A DNA stretch of 64,000 nt from Octopus vulgaris (Eukaryota). The position numbers were made by a program, and so were the translations under genes. Location: assembly GCA_951406725.2 (NCBI GenBank), contig OX597814.1:116622001-116686000 (forward strand), given 5' to 3'. The notes under the pieces are model-generated. The model worked only from the letters and a program-made list of their open reading frames with translations, searched no databases and had not been told where the DNA came from. This document shows, piece by piece, positions 1 through 13,350 of this stretch; position 1 is the stretch's first letter; every line of letters begins with the position of its first letter.

Positions 1-404
1 TTTTCATTTATATTTCCTTTTATAAATGGCTTAGACTGTTCAGAGAAAAGAACAGAAAAAGGCTTTTCTTCGAAACACATATAATATTAATAACAACAAC
101 AACAATGATAATAAGAAAAAAACGATGATGAGAATAATAATATTAATAATAACGATGATGATGGTGATGATGATCATGATCATGAGGATGACGATCTCCG
201 ATAGAAGAAACGCATGGATTAACAAAGTTGATATATCGGCAAGCAACAACACTTTAGGTCGTTAATCCTTATTGTCGAATTTATCGACCTCAGCACCTGA
301 CTGGTATTTACCTTATCGAAATCAATAGATGAATGTGAGGTCAATGTATGGCGGAATTGTAATCCATCAATCATTAAACGCCTTCTTAATTCTATTAATA
401 TTAA

Positions 405-612
405 TAATCCCTACAAAATTTGGCACAAGGCCAGCAATTTCGAGATAGGAAGACGTTTGATTATATCGACCTCAGCGTTCAAATGAAAATCCTTTTCTTT
501 TTATCGATACTGAAAGTATGAAAGATAATGTCGACCTCGGCGGGATTCGAGCTTAGAAAGACGGACGGAATGCCGCTAAGCATTTTGTCCGGCATGCTAA
601 AGGTTCTGCCGG
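405..612 (-). mobile_element. tRNA-derived SINE family A, degraded copy
   Basis: Matches the reverse complement of family A (gtcgacctcggcggga.tcga, aagcattttgtccggcatgctaa, ggcacaaggccag tail) seen in cleaner copies at 21066 and 24694. Confidence 0.75.
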
Positions 613-838
613 TTTATCGCCAACGATGATGGTGATGATAATGGAATAATTCTAACCATTTTTCTTTTTCTTTTCCTACAATAAGTGCAACAATGGAGAG
701 GTCGTTATCATGACCGTTTGCAATTTGTGTTAGGAGGAAGGCGCATGGAAAAGAAAAAGGGACAACAGTATAAATAACATACGTAGTATGTGAACATATA
801 GATGATACAACCTTCTTGATACAGGATACAGGGACCAA

Positions 839-939
839 ATACTACTACTACGACTACTATTACAACCACCACCAAACCCACTGCCGCCACCACTACTACT
901 ATTATAACCACCACCACCACCACCACCACCACTACCCCA

Positions 940-973
<34 letters not shown>

Positions 974-995
974 ATACTACTACTACTACTACTAG
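839..995. repeat. Compound (ACT)n/(ACC)n microsatellite
   Basis: Read directly. Confidence 0.95.
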
Positions 996-1004
996 CAATA
1001 ATAA

Positions 1005-1204
1005 TATTTTCTATTATTGGAACAAGGCCAGGAATTTTTTGGGAGGGAGATAGTCGATTACATCGACCCCAGCACTTCATTGATAATTTATCGATCCCAA
1101 AAGAATGAAAAGCAAAGTGGCCCACGGCGGAATTCGAACTCAGAACGAAGCGGCAGACGAAATACCATTAAGCGTTTCGCTAACGATTTTGCCAGCTCGC
1201 CGCC
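1005..1204 (-). mobile_element. SINE family A monomer (tail-A type) abutting (AAT)n
   Basis: Head ggcggcgagctggca...gagttcgaattccgccg (A/B-box-like) on minus; core and tail present. Confidence 0.85.
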
Positions 1205-1860
<656 letters not shown>

Positions 1861-1924
1861 AATAATAATAATAATAATAATATTAAAAATAATAATAAAA
1901 TGATGATGGTGATGATGATGATGG

Positions 1925-1955
<31 letters not shown>

Positions 1956-2099
1956 ATGATGACGACGATGATGATAGTAATAAATGTAAGGTATATGGGC
2001 ATAGGTAATGTCTGGAGAGACACGGGTATAGTAAAGGGTGTTTCGAGATTGGCTAAAACAAAGAACATTACTGAAACAAACCAGTTAATCATTGTTGCT

Positions 2100-2758
2100 G
2101 CTAATGTTGAAGCAGATATAAGATACAAGCAGTATCACAGTATCAGCCAGGCCATCAAGTGCTATGATACACCACTGGTCACAATGCGCTTCCAATTTTG
2201 TCTCAGAGAGGTACCATCCACTCTTGCCATTTTTGCAACTTTCACCACTTTTCAATAAACTCATTTGATGACAGCACTTCTCTCTCCACCATCAATTTCT
2301 TTTTCAAGTGAAACTTGATAAAGTTTGAAACCTCTACCAAAGAGGAATGTACCTGTCCTCATGCCTTCCAGCCGCGTCCATCAGACAACGTCTCTCGTTA
2401 CAACCACCAAAGAAAGGAAAACTGCCTAGCCTACCCCATTAAAGTAGTTCGGTGGGACAATAATCCCTATGGACTCGGCCGATAGACGGATCCGTACCCC
2501 ACAAGCCAGCAATGCCCGGACAATAAACAGTTTTGTGTCAATGCGCGCACCTCGGACAAACCCCTGTCACAGTACATCCATACCTATAGAATTTACCTCG
2601 AACTGGTAGTGTCCCCTGGTAGCACTGCCAGGCCAAGGACATCTGAAAATTATCCACAATAGCTCCCGACCGGGAAGTCCTCCCGAATAGACTGGCCAGT
2701 TCGTTTTTCTCGAAGCCCAGAGTCTCCCCGGAACCGTCGTCGCACTTGCCCCCCCCTA
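2100..2758 (-). mobile_element. Degraded Tx1/L1-clade LINE 3' end (zf-RVT-like region)
   Basis: Minus strand reads DNFQMSLAWQCYQGTLPVRGKFYRYG..VCPRC, typical of the Tx1/L1 ORF2 C-terminal zinc-knuckle region; stops and frameshifts. Confidence 0.7.
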
Positions 2759-2846
2759 ACTAATCTGCTATGAATTGGTTAATTAGAACATACATGAATC
2801 CCATGCCCGATTGTTGACAACATTCTAGGTACCAGCTCCTGGTACC

Positions 2847-3003
<157 letters not shown>

Positions 3004-4090
3004 AAACGTATCGAAGGTAGGAAAGGCTTTATACAGCTAGAAAGTTATTTGAAAATAAGCACCATGAGACTACAGAACTGCCTACTTCAAAAGAAATACA
3101 AATAATCACAAAACTCGAACAAAAGAAACCGTTTCCATTCTGTAAGGAAGCTGAGAAATACAAATACAAAAAAGAAGACATAGTACCTAACAGCACTGAA
3201 GAAAAAGAAGAAACAACTGAAATCCATACTAAAACTAGAAGTGCAACGGATCATGATAAAACGATGGCAAGAAAAGTCCCGTCATAGCAAATACTGGGTT
3301 AAATTAAAGAGAAAAGAAATAAACAAAACAAAATCCTAACAAGGGCTGAGAAGATCAGGACTCAAAGCAGAGACTGGAGGATTTTTAATTGCAACACAAT
3401 ATCAAAGCCGCCCCACTAGAAATTACCAAAAACATGTAATGGAAAAAAATACAAGAAGTAACTGCAGTTACTTATGGAGATGGAGAAGAAACAATAAATC
3501 ATATTGTCTCTGGCTGACCAGTCCAAGATAAGAAGGAATATATCACAGACAAAGTTGGGACCTACATGCACCGGAACTATGCCAACACTATGGAATAACA
3601 ACAGAAAAACAATGGTATAGGCACACGCCAGGAAATGTCAGAGAAAATGAGAAAGCGGCTATACTCTGGGGTATGTTAATGCACACAGATAGAGAAATTA
3701 AGGCCAATAGGTCGGATATAGTTGTCAGAGATCGTGAAGAAAAAAAAATGCTTTCTAATTGATGTATCAATACCAGCAGATGACAAATTGTCTCTAAAAG
3801 AAATAGAGAAACTTTCAAAATACAAAGATCTGGAAATAGAGGTAACTCGAATTTGGAGTCTAAAGACAGAAACAAGTCTTATTGTAGTAGGCGCATTACG
3901 TATGATAAAAGATTATTCAGACAAATACATAACAAAGACACCAGGATTAAGAAGTATATAAAATAGACAGAAAATAGCACTACTGGGTACCACACACATC
4001 CTACTTAAAACGCTTTCAGCACATTAAAAATAAAAGCATCACAATAAACCACAGTGCAGTGAAAGCACGTTATAAAAAGAAAACAACTGA
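3004..4090 (+). mobile_element. R4/Dong-clade retrotransposon fragment, same family as 1332-1860, longer and more decayed
   Basis: KRIEGRKGFIQLE, SGLKAETGGFLIA, ETINHIVSG, then the RLE region; DNA similar to 1332-1860 including the 3' end gtgaaagcacg.tataaaa...actga-aat. Confidence 0.88.
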
Positions 4091-4110
4091 ATAATAAAAA
4101 AAATAATAAT

Positions 4111-4595
4111 AAATTTAACCTACTGTGCGACCAAATAATAGAGGCGAGACGGCCAGAAATTGTGATTATCCATAAAAATGAAAAAGAAGCAAATATAACG
4201 CATACCCTCCATCAGACACCTACCATATTCTGAGCGCCTTGTTTTCCTGGGCATGGATTCACTGAAGCCCCGGCGTCTGGCGACGGACTTGGTAAACACC
4301 CACAAAGTTATCAACCACCTCACCAACAACAACACTGAACACCTTTTTGATCTCCATGTGTCTAACACACGTGGACATGCCTACAAAGTCAGAAAACAAC
4401 ACAGCTCCCATGACTTTCGGAAACATTTTTTCACGCTCAAAGTTGCTGAAGCATGGAATAAACTGCCTGCGTCAGTTGTTGACTGCCATGACACTGCATC
4501 CTTTAAGGCCCTCATGCTTTCCGAAATCCGCCGAAACTACACCTGATTATATATACACTTTAGATGAGTTGTAGTGCACCTGAGCACTGTACACA

Positions 4596-4685
<90 letters not shown>

Positions 4686-4877
4686 GATGTTGCAATACCA
4701 GGCGATTTGAGGGTGAAATGTATGGAAACAGAAAAGAGTGAGAAATACCAGCCACTGCGGGATCAGATAGGAAAATTATGGGGCATGAGGAAAGTAATGG
4801 TTATACCGGTGGTAATTGGAGTATTAGGGGCAGTTTCCAAGAGCTTTGAAAAATATATTAAGAATATTGAAGCAGCT
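4111..4877 (+). mobile_element. Second R4/Dong family RLE fragment, split by a CR1 insertion (pieces 4111-4197 and 4683-4877)
   Basis: KFNLLCDQIIEARRPEIVIIHKNEKEANI joins IDVAIPGDLRVKCMETEKSEKYQPLRDQIGKLWGMRKVMVIPVVIGVLG to give one continuous RLE motif. Confidence 0.85.
4198..4682 (+). mobile_element. 5'-truncated CR1-clade LINE 3' end with (ATT)n tail
   Basis: RIPSIRHLPYSERL..LKPRRL..DL..NTRGHAYKVRK..DFRKHFFT.KV..AWNKLP..VV...SFK is the CR1 ORF2 C-terminal signature; short 3' UTR, then (ATT)n 4597-4682. Confidence 0.9.
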
Positions 4878-4989
4878 GTCGATCCCAAAATGATGAATGA
4901 CAAAGTCGACCTCGGCGGAATTCGAACTCAGAAAGAAGCGGCAGACGAGATACCGTTAAGCAATTCGCTAACGATTCTGCCAGCCCGCC
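4878..4989 (-). mobile_element. SINE family A head and part of core
   Basis: Sequence similarity to 1090-1204. Confidence 0.8.
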
Positions 4990-5061
<72 letters not shown>

Positions 5062-5106
5062 TAATAATAATAATAATTATAATTATTATTATTATCATTA
5101 TGATTA

Positions 5107-5155
<49 letters not shown>
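4990..5155. repeat. (AAT)n followed by (ATT)n
   Basis: Read directly; the two halves are mutually complementary. Confidence 0.95.
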
Positions 5156-5157
<2 letters not shown>

Positions 5158-5454
5158 CAGTTTATGTTTTCTCTCTTCCTTTTCCCTATCATGTGACTAT
5201 GTAAATGAACAATCTGGTGTGTTTATTTTAATTGCCTACCAATGTATACAGTAGGTTTCTCTGCCCTAGGTGTCAGGAAGACTTTCGTCAAGAAATGGAA
5301 GCAATTCAAAGAAGATGTTAATGATATTAATAATACTAATAATCCTTTCTGATATAGGCACAATTTCCGGGTGAGGGAGTAAACCGATTACATCGACCCC
5401 AGTGCTGAACTGGTACATATCTTGTCGACAATAATAGTAATGACGATGATGACG

Positions 5455-5487
<33 letters not shown>

Positions 5488-5516
5488 ATGATAAGAATAA
5501 TAATAATAACAACAAC

Positions 5517-5583
<67 letters not shown>

Positions 5584-5591
5584 GTAATAAT

Positions 5592-6146
5592 AGCCCTGAT
5601 GCAGTACCAGGTAGTGGCTCTCATGGCTTCTGATCTTAACTGATTGGAAGTGTTATCATGTACATTGTTTTGTCTTGGTATAAATGATGGGCTACAGCAA
5701 ATATTCTGCTCAATACCACAGATTTGCTTGTCAGTTGTTTGACTTTAACCAGTTGAGCATGTCCCTTAGTGGCTGACGATATGTGCATCTCTGATCACGA
5801 GCAGAAGTAGTGGGGGAGCATCATAGTCATGTGTTGAGAGGGATTCTTTGGGGTTTGAATAATTCACCTCTGGAAACATGGGTGGTTCTTTCAACATCCT
5901 TAAACAACCCTTATTCAGGGACCTTTTGAGCGGGATGGGCTACTCAACCTGAAGAAAATTCTAACTGGGCCCCACCTGCAAGGTCATGTGCTGTTTATCT
6001 TGATATGAGATCACCATGTCGCGCACATATGGTTGTGATGCATGTGCCTGGTGTACCTTTATCAGACGGGTAGTCATGATGGGTATATTGGGCTTCGTAC
6101 ATTTTACCCCAGTGTCACTTTGATGGCATGAACTGCTCTCTCACTC

Positions 6147-6147
<1 letters not shown>
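5592..6147 (+). mobile_element. About 555-bp non-coding insert embedded in (AAT)n (probable non-autonomous element or long 3' UTR of an AAT-targeting retroelement)
   Basis: Sharp boundaries with (AAT)n on both sides, higher GC than flanks, no ORF in the track; orientation inferred. Confidence 0.55.
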
Positions 6148-6189
<42 letters not shown>

Positions 6190-6192
<3 letters not shown>

Positions 6193-7143
6193 CAGATATT
6201 GACAAAGCCCTGACCCATCAATGGCTAATGGCCTCTGGCTTAAAATCTGAAACAGAGGGGTTTAGCATAGCAGCTCAAGATCAATGCCTACCAAGAAACT
6301 GCCAGGCCAACATATTAAAGAACGGCAGTAGCCCAACATGTCGTGTATGCCGACAACAAATTGAAACCATTGATCATGTTGTCTCCAAATGCAGTCTTCT
6401 AGCGCCTACAGAGTACCTCAACAGGCATGATAGAGCTGCACAATATATTCACTGGGTAATTTGCAAAAACCTGGATTTGCCCCATGAAAAAAACTGGTGG
6501 GAACACAATCCACCTCCAGTGCTTGAGAATGACCACATCTCACTCCTCTGGAACTTCACCATTCAAACTGACAGGAAGATAGATGCAAATAGGCCAGACA
6601 TCATATTGAAAGACTTCAGACAAAGAACATGCCTCCTCATTGATATGACTGTCCCAATCGATATAAACGTATCTGTCAAGAACTACCAAAAACTGAGCAA
6701 ATATAAAGATCTTGAAATAGAAATCAGCAAAATGTGGAACCTGAAGACTAAAACAATACCTGTTGTCATAGGTGCCCTGGGAATGATAGCGAAAGGGGCT
6801 GATTGCTACCTAACTCAGATACTAGGAAACCCCAAAATGGCAGAAATTCAAAAGATAGTGCTCATGGGAACTGCTCATATCCTACGCAAAATACTTTCTA
6901 TGTAATCCCAAGGTTTAAAACAAACTTTTTTAAAATCTATTTATTTATTTATTTTATTTTGTTTTATTTTATTTATTTATTTTTAAAAAAATTTATTTTT
7001 ATGTATTAGACATTCACTAGTACAACACCAAAAAAAAAACCCCAAATATATGGCACAAAACTTCCAACCTGTTGTATCTTGAGGTCTCTGGGTGAGACTT
7101 GGAGCCAACTTGTACAGACATAAAGCAAAAGTCAAACATAGAA
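6190..7143 (+). mobile_element. Third R4/Dong family fragment; ORF 6228-6905 (225 aa) with CCHC zinc knuckle and RLE
   Basis: SGLKSETEGFSIAAQDQ..CRVC...ETIDHVVSKC..YLNRHD..LLWNFTIQTDRKIDANRPDIILKD..CLLIDMTVP..KLSKYKDLEIE..IPVVIGALG; (AAT)n flanks. Confidence 0.92.
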
Positions 7144-7204
7144 TAATAATAATAATAGTAGAGTGTGGCGGTTTACAAGTAATAATTGCCTTGATGCAGT
7201 AAAT

Positions 7205-7417
7205 TTCAAATTTTACCTAAAGGGCAGCAGATTTGAGGGAAGGTATGAATCGATTACATCAATCCCACAGTATTCAACTGGTACTTATTTTATTGGCCCC
7301 CGAAAGGATGAAAGGCAAACTCGAGCACGGTAGAATTTGGACTTAAAAACGTAACTACGGGCGAAATGCCGCTAAGCATATCGTCCAGCTTGCTAACAAT
7401 TCTACTAGCTTGGCGCC
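7205..7417 (-). mobile_element. SINE family A, degraded
   Basis: cgaaaggatgaaaggcaaa core and head similarity. Confidence 0.75.
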
Positions 7418-7584
7418 TTAACAACAACAACAACGACAAAAATGTTGATGATGATGATGATTTCATTTATTTTCTATCAGGGCGAAGCATGAGGGTACCA
7501 ACACAAAACAGACATAATGTGAGGCGATTTACATATAATGAATGATATGAGAAAAAATGTGCAGTGGTCATACAACAAGACAAA

Positions 7585-7800
7585 AGTTTTTATGGGTGCT
7601 CTATTTGCCATCACCAACAAACTTAAAAGTTTCATTATCGTGAACAGTGTAAGTACCATAGTTGCATTAATTCAGGAATCTGCTGTATTGGAAGCAGCAA
7701 ATATTGTAAGAAATATCCTAGATATCTAAGGAAACTGGTTGTGACCTAGTATCAAGGATATTGACTCCAAATGTAAAACATTCTTGCATACCATGAACAG
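7585..7800 (+). mobile_element. Very decayed R4/Dong 3' end
   Basis: GALFAITNKLKSFI...LIQESAVLEAANIVRNILDI* parallels GALG..QK.ALLGTA.ILRK.L* of the neighbouring elements. Confidence 0.55.
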
Positions 7801-7869
7801 TGATATGGAATTGAAAGAATCAGTAAAACTTTAAAAATTGTTGAGGGTTTGGTCCACCACAACCTCTTT

Positions 7870-9190
7870 CACTTAGAAACACAATCTACCTTCTCGGTTA
7901 AAGAAGGCGGCGGAAGTGTCTTCACAATAAACTCAAGTGGAAGCCTGAGCTCTTCTGTATGCGACAGCAGGTGTTCGACATAGACTCACAAGTTAGCAAT
8001 GATTGGGTATTAGGCGAAAACGTACAGAGCAGTTTCGTCGTTGTGCGTGCATCACGGACAAGGCCGGCTGACGGCACTTGCATGCCTATAGGGTTTATGG
8101 CATACTGGTAAATCCTACCCCACCGGTAGCACTGGCAGTGCATGTGTTTCTGGAAATTATAACTCAGATATATAGGGGTACTGGTCGGGAGCGCGCAGAA
8201 CAATTTCGTCGCTATGCGCACCTCTCAGGCAAGTTCCATAACTGTAGAGTTTATCCCGAACAGGCAATATCTTCCACTAGCACTTCTAGGCTGAAGAGTT
8301 CCGGAAATTAACCATAGGCTCCAGACTTAAAGTCCTCTGGGACAGACCAGCTAGTTGATTCTCCTCGATATCCATAGACTCTTCGAGAAAGTCGTCGCAC
8401 TTGCTCGTCACAAACCCTCTATTGAAAACGAGAGTGGAACTTCCACTTTCCGCATTAATCGATTCACGGTGTTATCATTAGTTTTCGTACGCCACCAAGC
8501 AAACACTGATGAGGTCAAATGTATTTTCAAAATATTTCCAAAACAGCATTTTCATTGTTGCCCCAGAACATTTCGAGAAGCCGATAATCTGGAGTTATCT
8601 CTGTACTTGTGATGTCCTTGCGGCAAGTTACACAGGGTAAACTTGGGGTTTCTAAGCCTTGGCCGGCTGCCAAAAGTGTCTGTGTTGTGTTTGGGATGAC
8701 CTTATACATGAAAATCTTAATTAAACCCACTTACGGAGCAAACTATAGAAAATCACCCAATGACTGTCATTCACTGCAAAGATGGAAAGTAATACCTATC
8801 CAGATGACGGCGTGAACGGAAAGACGATTCTGGGTGTCCAAGGCTCCGTTATCCCACGCCCTGCACGGTCCACGCAGAGAGGAATGGAGTGGAAGACCAG
8901 ACTCCACTCGGTCGTCGTCCTTTTACTGGTCAAAATACGCAACGTGTTTGCAAACTCATGTGGTCTACCGATGTAAACAAAGAAACAAATGTTATGAATA
9001 AATATTGCTAGACAACAGCAGCCGTTCAAGAATTTGGACCTGGAGTTCTCTATTTCCAGCGACTTCGAGGGCCATCTCCCAGTTGTGTCGAGTGTCAACG
9101 AAGAGCCCTCGACTACAACAAGACGACCAAAGTTTTTTTTCCAAGGTCTGGTGTCTCCCGCCCCTAAGCCCTAGACAATCACCTAATCAC
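7870..9190 (-). mobile_element. Highly degraded Tx1/L1-clade LINE remnant
   Basis: Minus strand 7960-8165 gives NFQK...QCYR..LPVCHKPYRHASAVSRPCP*C..DETALY...L*VYVEHLLS, the same family as 2100-2758; 8800-9130 has weaker APE-like traces (GRLVVVE, VDRAGRG). Confidence 0.55.
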
Positions 9191-11894
9191 CCTTACCCGT
9201 CTTGTTGCTTAACAACAACAACAACGATAAGAGCAATGACAAATGCAAAGCTGACGGAATAAGAGAAATAGGATTTTGGAACCAGCTAGATGTGTTCCAT
9301 ATTATGGGTTCATGAATTAGATACAATTGATTCGAAAGACGGGCTTAGAAACCCAAATTCCTATAATCAGAGAAAGCTTCTGTAGTGATGATAAGCGCGA
9401 ACAGGATAATGTATATCAAGGTCAGCAGATGGATAGACAAGGTGAAGGTGTAGGAGAGGAGAAGGACCTGCGTGGAGAATGGGAAGGAATCAGTATAGTG
9501 TAGAGGGCTCTGTATTGCCAGAGGATATAATTGAGAAACAGAGGGACCTAATGATAAGATTCGAAATCGATATTTATTTCCTTGTGTATTATCTCGATAA
9601 TCTCAGATTCTGTACTCCTCACCTGGAAGTCTCTGAGAATATATTTCAAAGTATTCATTGTTGTTAGTGTTCTCATTTTTTCTTTTTTCGATATTCACAT
9701 CTCCGTTTAATCATCAATATACATTCGTGCCTGCTCCCGTTTGTTGCATGGTGATCACTTATTGATTAATGAAGTGTAGTATTATTGCTTGCCAATATAT
9801 CAACGTCGTCAATTTATTTGAAATGGTAAATAACATTGTTCTGCGATTAGTTTTCTTTATCGATTGTTGCACCTTTGTGCACAGTGTTTCTCTTTATAAC
9901 AAGAGCTTAGTTAGGATTTCACTGTCAGATAAGAACGAAATTATCTGAGAGATAAATTGAGATGGAATGGAGAAGTAAAAGGAAATTGTATGAAAAGTTT
10001 AAAGGTAGCAATAGATATTGTGATAAGATGAGAATGATTAAGTGAAAAAAGGCAAGTGATATTTGAAGCTTCTTTTATTCTGCCATTTGTAAGTTAGAAA
10101 GAATTCTTGAATGTTTTTCTCTTCTCTGTTTCTGGGTCAGGTTGAATATTTTAGTTGTATTTGTTAGATTTTCTACCATCTAATCTCTTTTCAATCGTAG
10201 ACGTGCATCATTTATTTCTTGCTTCTCTTTACTCATTGTTGGATTATAAAAAACGCCTTCCTGTTTTCTCTTCATTTTCTCTTTAACTTCTTCCTTCTCT
10301 GTCAGATAAGAAAAGTCAATTGAATACCTTAATATATAGTATTTATAGGAAACAATGATATAATATTACTTGCTACGTTTGTAGGCAAATAAACAATATA
10401 TTTCCTGTTATAATGACGGCTTAATTTCATGAGTTTTTTTAACTCATTATAATCTCAGATGCATGTATATAACAGCATTCATTTACTTACCTCTCTGCCT
10501 CCGAGAATCATGTCTATCAAAATTTTTTGCTTGTCTCAACATTTTATGGATTGTAACTTTGACTGTCCGTTGTAACTAATATCCCGGCCTAATTGGGGAG
10601 AAGCAAATTAAATAATGTATACAAGTAATATCGACAGTTGCATGACTGAAATTATTATTCCCAGTTAGAGAACGATTTGTTAGAGAGATTTACTCGTATT
10701 GTAAATTCAAATATTTACGAATGTTGAGTGTAATTTAAAGATGGATGTCTACTATAGGAGAATAACATTCTGAACAGGATTACATTCTCTAAGTTTCTGC
10801 CGATCAAACGCAACAGAAAAGCAATTGTTCTCTAAGACATGATAGACAGATATAGAAACTGGGACAAAGACAAAATTCCATTTAAAGTATTATGCGGCAA
10901 TTTAAATACATTTGTGATTTCGATTTTTCTGTGCGCCGCTATAGCATTCTCTCCACGAAGCACACTCGTCTCCCGAAGGCAATAATTTCATTCTTAGAAT
11001 TCTTTACTTTATGTCGATGTATGTATGTCTTCTTCACAGAGCACTTTTATTATTACTACACAGTTTGTTACGTCTCATTCAAATATTCAATGTAATACAT
11101 CTAACCTTAAATCTGCAAAGCTATCAGATTGACCATTTTTATCGAAATGGATAGTAGTGCAACGTTAGCACGAGAAAGGTCATTTTCGCCAACTATTCAA
11201 TACATTAAATGAATTCAATCGAATCCAATGATTGCCTGAAGCAAACACGTTTAACTGCCAACTAGTCTCACGCAATCAACATTGTTGAGATCAATCATCA
11301 TTGCTATCTCTCAATATCTTGCTCAGTCAGTTTCTTTCTTTCTTTCTTTCTGTCTTTCTTTCTTTCTCTGCCACTTTAGCCTCTCACTCTATCGCTCTAT
11401 AGTACCTTAATTTTCTTTCTGTCTTTCCATCCATATTTATCTCTCGTTCTCTTCACTCTGCAATATGGCTATGAATTTATAACCTTTCCATCTCAGTTCA
11501 ACCTGTGTGTTTCTAAATACATTTCCCAACGAGATTGCGGCTATGAAGACAAACAACGCCACTGAATTGTTCTTTAAATTACTCTGCAATTGACTACTCA
11601 TTATCAAAATTATAATTACTATTAACTGCTATTAGTGCAGTTATAATAACACATTGAAGATCTACTTAGTCTAGTATTATCACTCCAATATTTGCTATTA
11701 CGTTCTTATTGTAAGTAATCTCCACAAAATACCCGTAATTTAAAGAGCAGGAGAATGGTTAGTATAACATTTTAACATGATTTATGGCTATAATAGTGAC
11801 GGGGGATCATTAAATTTTAAGAAAAATGGTGAGCTAAGAGGAGAACTCCTAAAACAAAATTCAATTCCATTATTTCACTTTAACTGATGTAAAC

Positions 11895-12375
11895 GTTCAT
11901 GGGTAGCATCATAACTAATCAAAATGGATATGATTTCTCATGTATTTTCTCACAGGAGTATTTTCTGTTGTGAGTATTTCTGTAGTGAATGGTGTCCCCC
12001 ATCCGAATGTACACGAACATATTAAATGTGATTGTTCGTGCATATGTTCCATTCAGGTCTGCTTCGTACAACTCCAGTTGATTAGTTTCAGATTGACAAA
12101 TCTTTAAGTGCATCATAAAATATGCTATTTGCTGTTCGTATGTGTAAGAACAGCGTACTTACAGGGTTGGGAACAGCTCATTTCGCATTCGTAGCTGATG
12201 AAACGTGACCGTGCAGAAGTACGTGCATCATACGGTCAGATGACATAACTATTTGGCCAATGACGTGTTTTCACATATATTGCTTACATGGGATATTTTC
12301 TCTCGAGACTATTTGAAGAGTGAATGGCTGCCCCTTGTCTGAATGTGTACGAATGTATTAAATGTGATTGCGCGG
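11895..12375. repeat. Degenerate direct repeat, about 145-bp copies (11895-12040, 12232-12375), offset about 335 bp
   Basis: agtgaatggtgtcccccatccgaatgtacacgaacatattaaatgtgattg vs agtgaatggctgccccttgtctgaatgtgtacgaatgtattaaatgtgattg, with similarity extending upstream. Confidence 0.75.
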
Positions 12376-12900
12376 ACGTCTTAAACTAAAAAAAGATGCA
12401 TTGTTATAATTTACAATATCGAAATTCTGAAAGATGTTGGCAGTCGTTAATTACTGAAAGGGTGTTACTTCAATTAGAATTATTTATTCCTCACATTCCA
12501 GAAGATGATTCAATGTGAACTTCATAAAATTGCTACTGAAGCATTCACTAAAGTAATCTAGAGCCGAAAATCATATAGGTGAAAGTCGATGTATACATGT
12601 AAGAAAACATCCGAGATTTACTAACTTATTTGGTTAATATCTAGCCCAATAATTTTAATGCCACTAAAATTTTGAATCTTGACATACTTTAGCGAATAAG
12701 CAGATAATATATATATAAATAAAACTCTAATCCAGATCTAATTATTTTTTTTAATTGAACATAAAGTGAAGCAGCGAATGAAACATAAATGTAGACCAAG
12801 CCTCACAACCTAAAATTATTTGTGTGAGAAATAGAACGGCAATCAATATGACGATGTATCACATCTGGAACATAATTAACAACTACATATAGAGCACAAT

Positions 12901-13147
12901 ATGGAGATGCGTGGCTTGGTGGTTAGGGTGTCAGCATCATGATCGTAAGATTGCGGTTTCGATTCCTGGACCAGGCGACGCGTTGTGTTCTTGAGCAAAG
13001 CACTTCATTTTACGTTGCTCCACTCCATTTCCAGCTGGCAAATATGAGTAACGCTGCAATGGACCGGCGTCCCATCCAGCTGGGGAACTCATTGATGATT
13101 GAAACCGGGAATCTGGGCCCATTAGCCTGGCTAGGATTTAAAAGGGC
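12901..13147 (+). mobile_element. tRNA-derived SINE related to family C
   Basis: tggcttggtggttaggg A-box, ggtttcgattcc B-box, tgttcttgagcaaagcactt core, gcaatggaccggcgtcccatccag and gaaaccggga 3' motifs shared with family C. Confidence 0.8.
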
Positions 13148-13350
13148 GAAAAAAAATACAGCACAATAATGAGACTTGTTCGGGCCTTGTGCTTAGAGTA
13201 GAAAAGAATGATAAGAGTCTTGATCAAAACAGACACGAGCAGCTCGTCATCTTTTCCTGTGTTGGAAATAATTTTGATCTTGGCGACTAATTGTGTTATT
13301 CCATCCGTGTCCTTTGCGGCTACAAATTTGAACTGGGGATACCAAGATAT

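Noticed and set aside
9240-9560. Possible CR1/L2 RT relic (YSVEGSVL..EKQRDL)
   Set aside because: Single weak motif with no supporting neighbours
10080-10300. K/E-rich minus-strand reading (EKEEVKEKMKRKQEGVFYNP..)
   Set aside because: Short, interrupted by stops, explained by purine-rich composition; at most a LINE ORF1 relic
11919-12370. C2H2 zinc-finger remnant (His/Cys-containing ORF with an IHEKSY-like end)
   Set aside because: No CxxC..HxxxH spacing or 84-bp periodicity in the frames I translated
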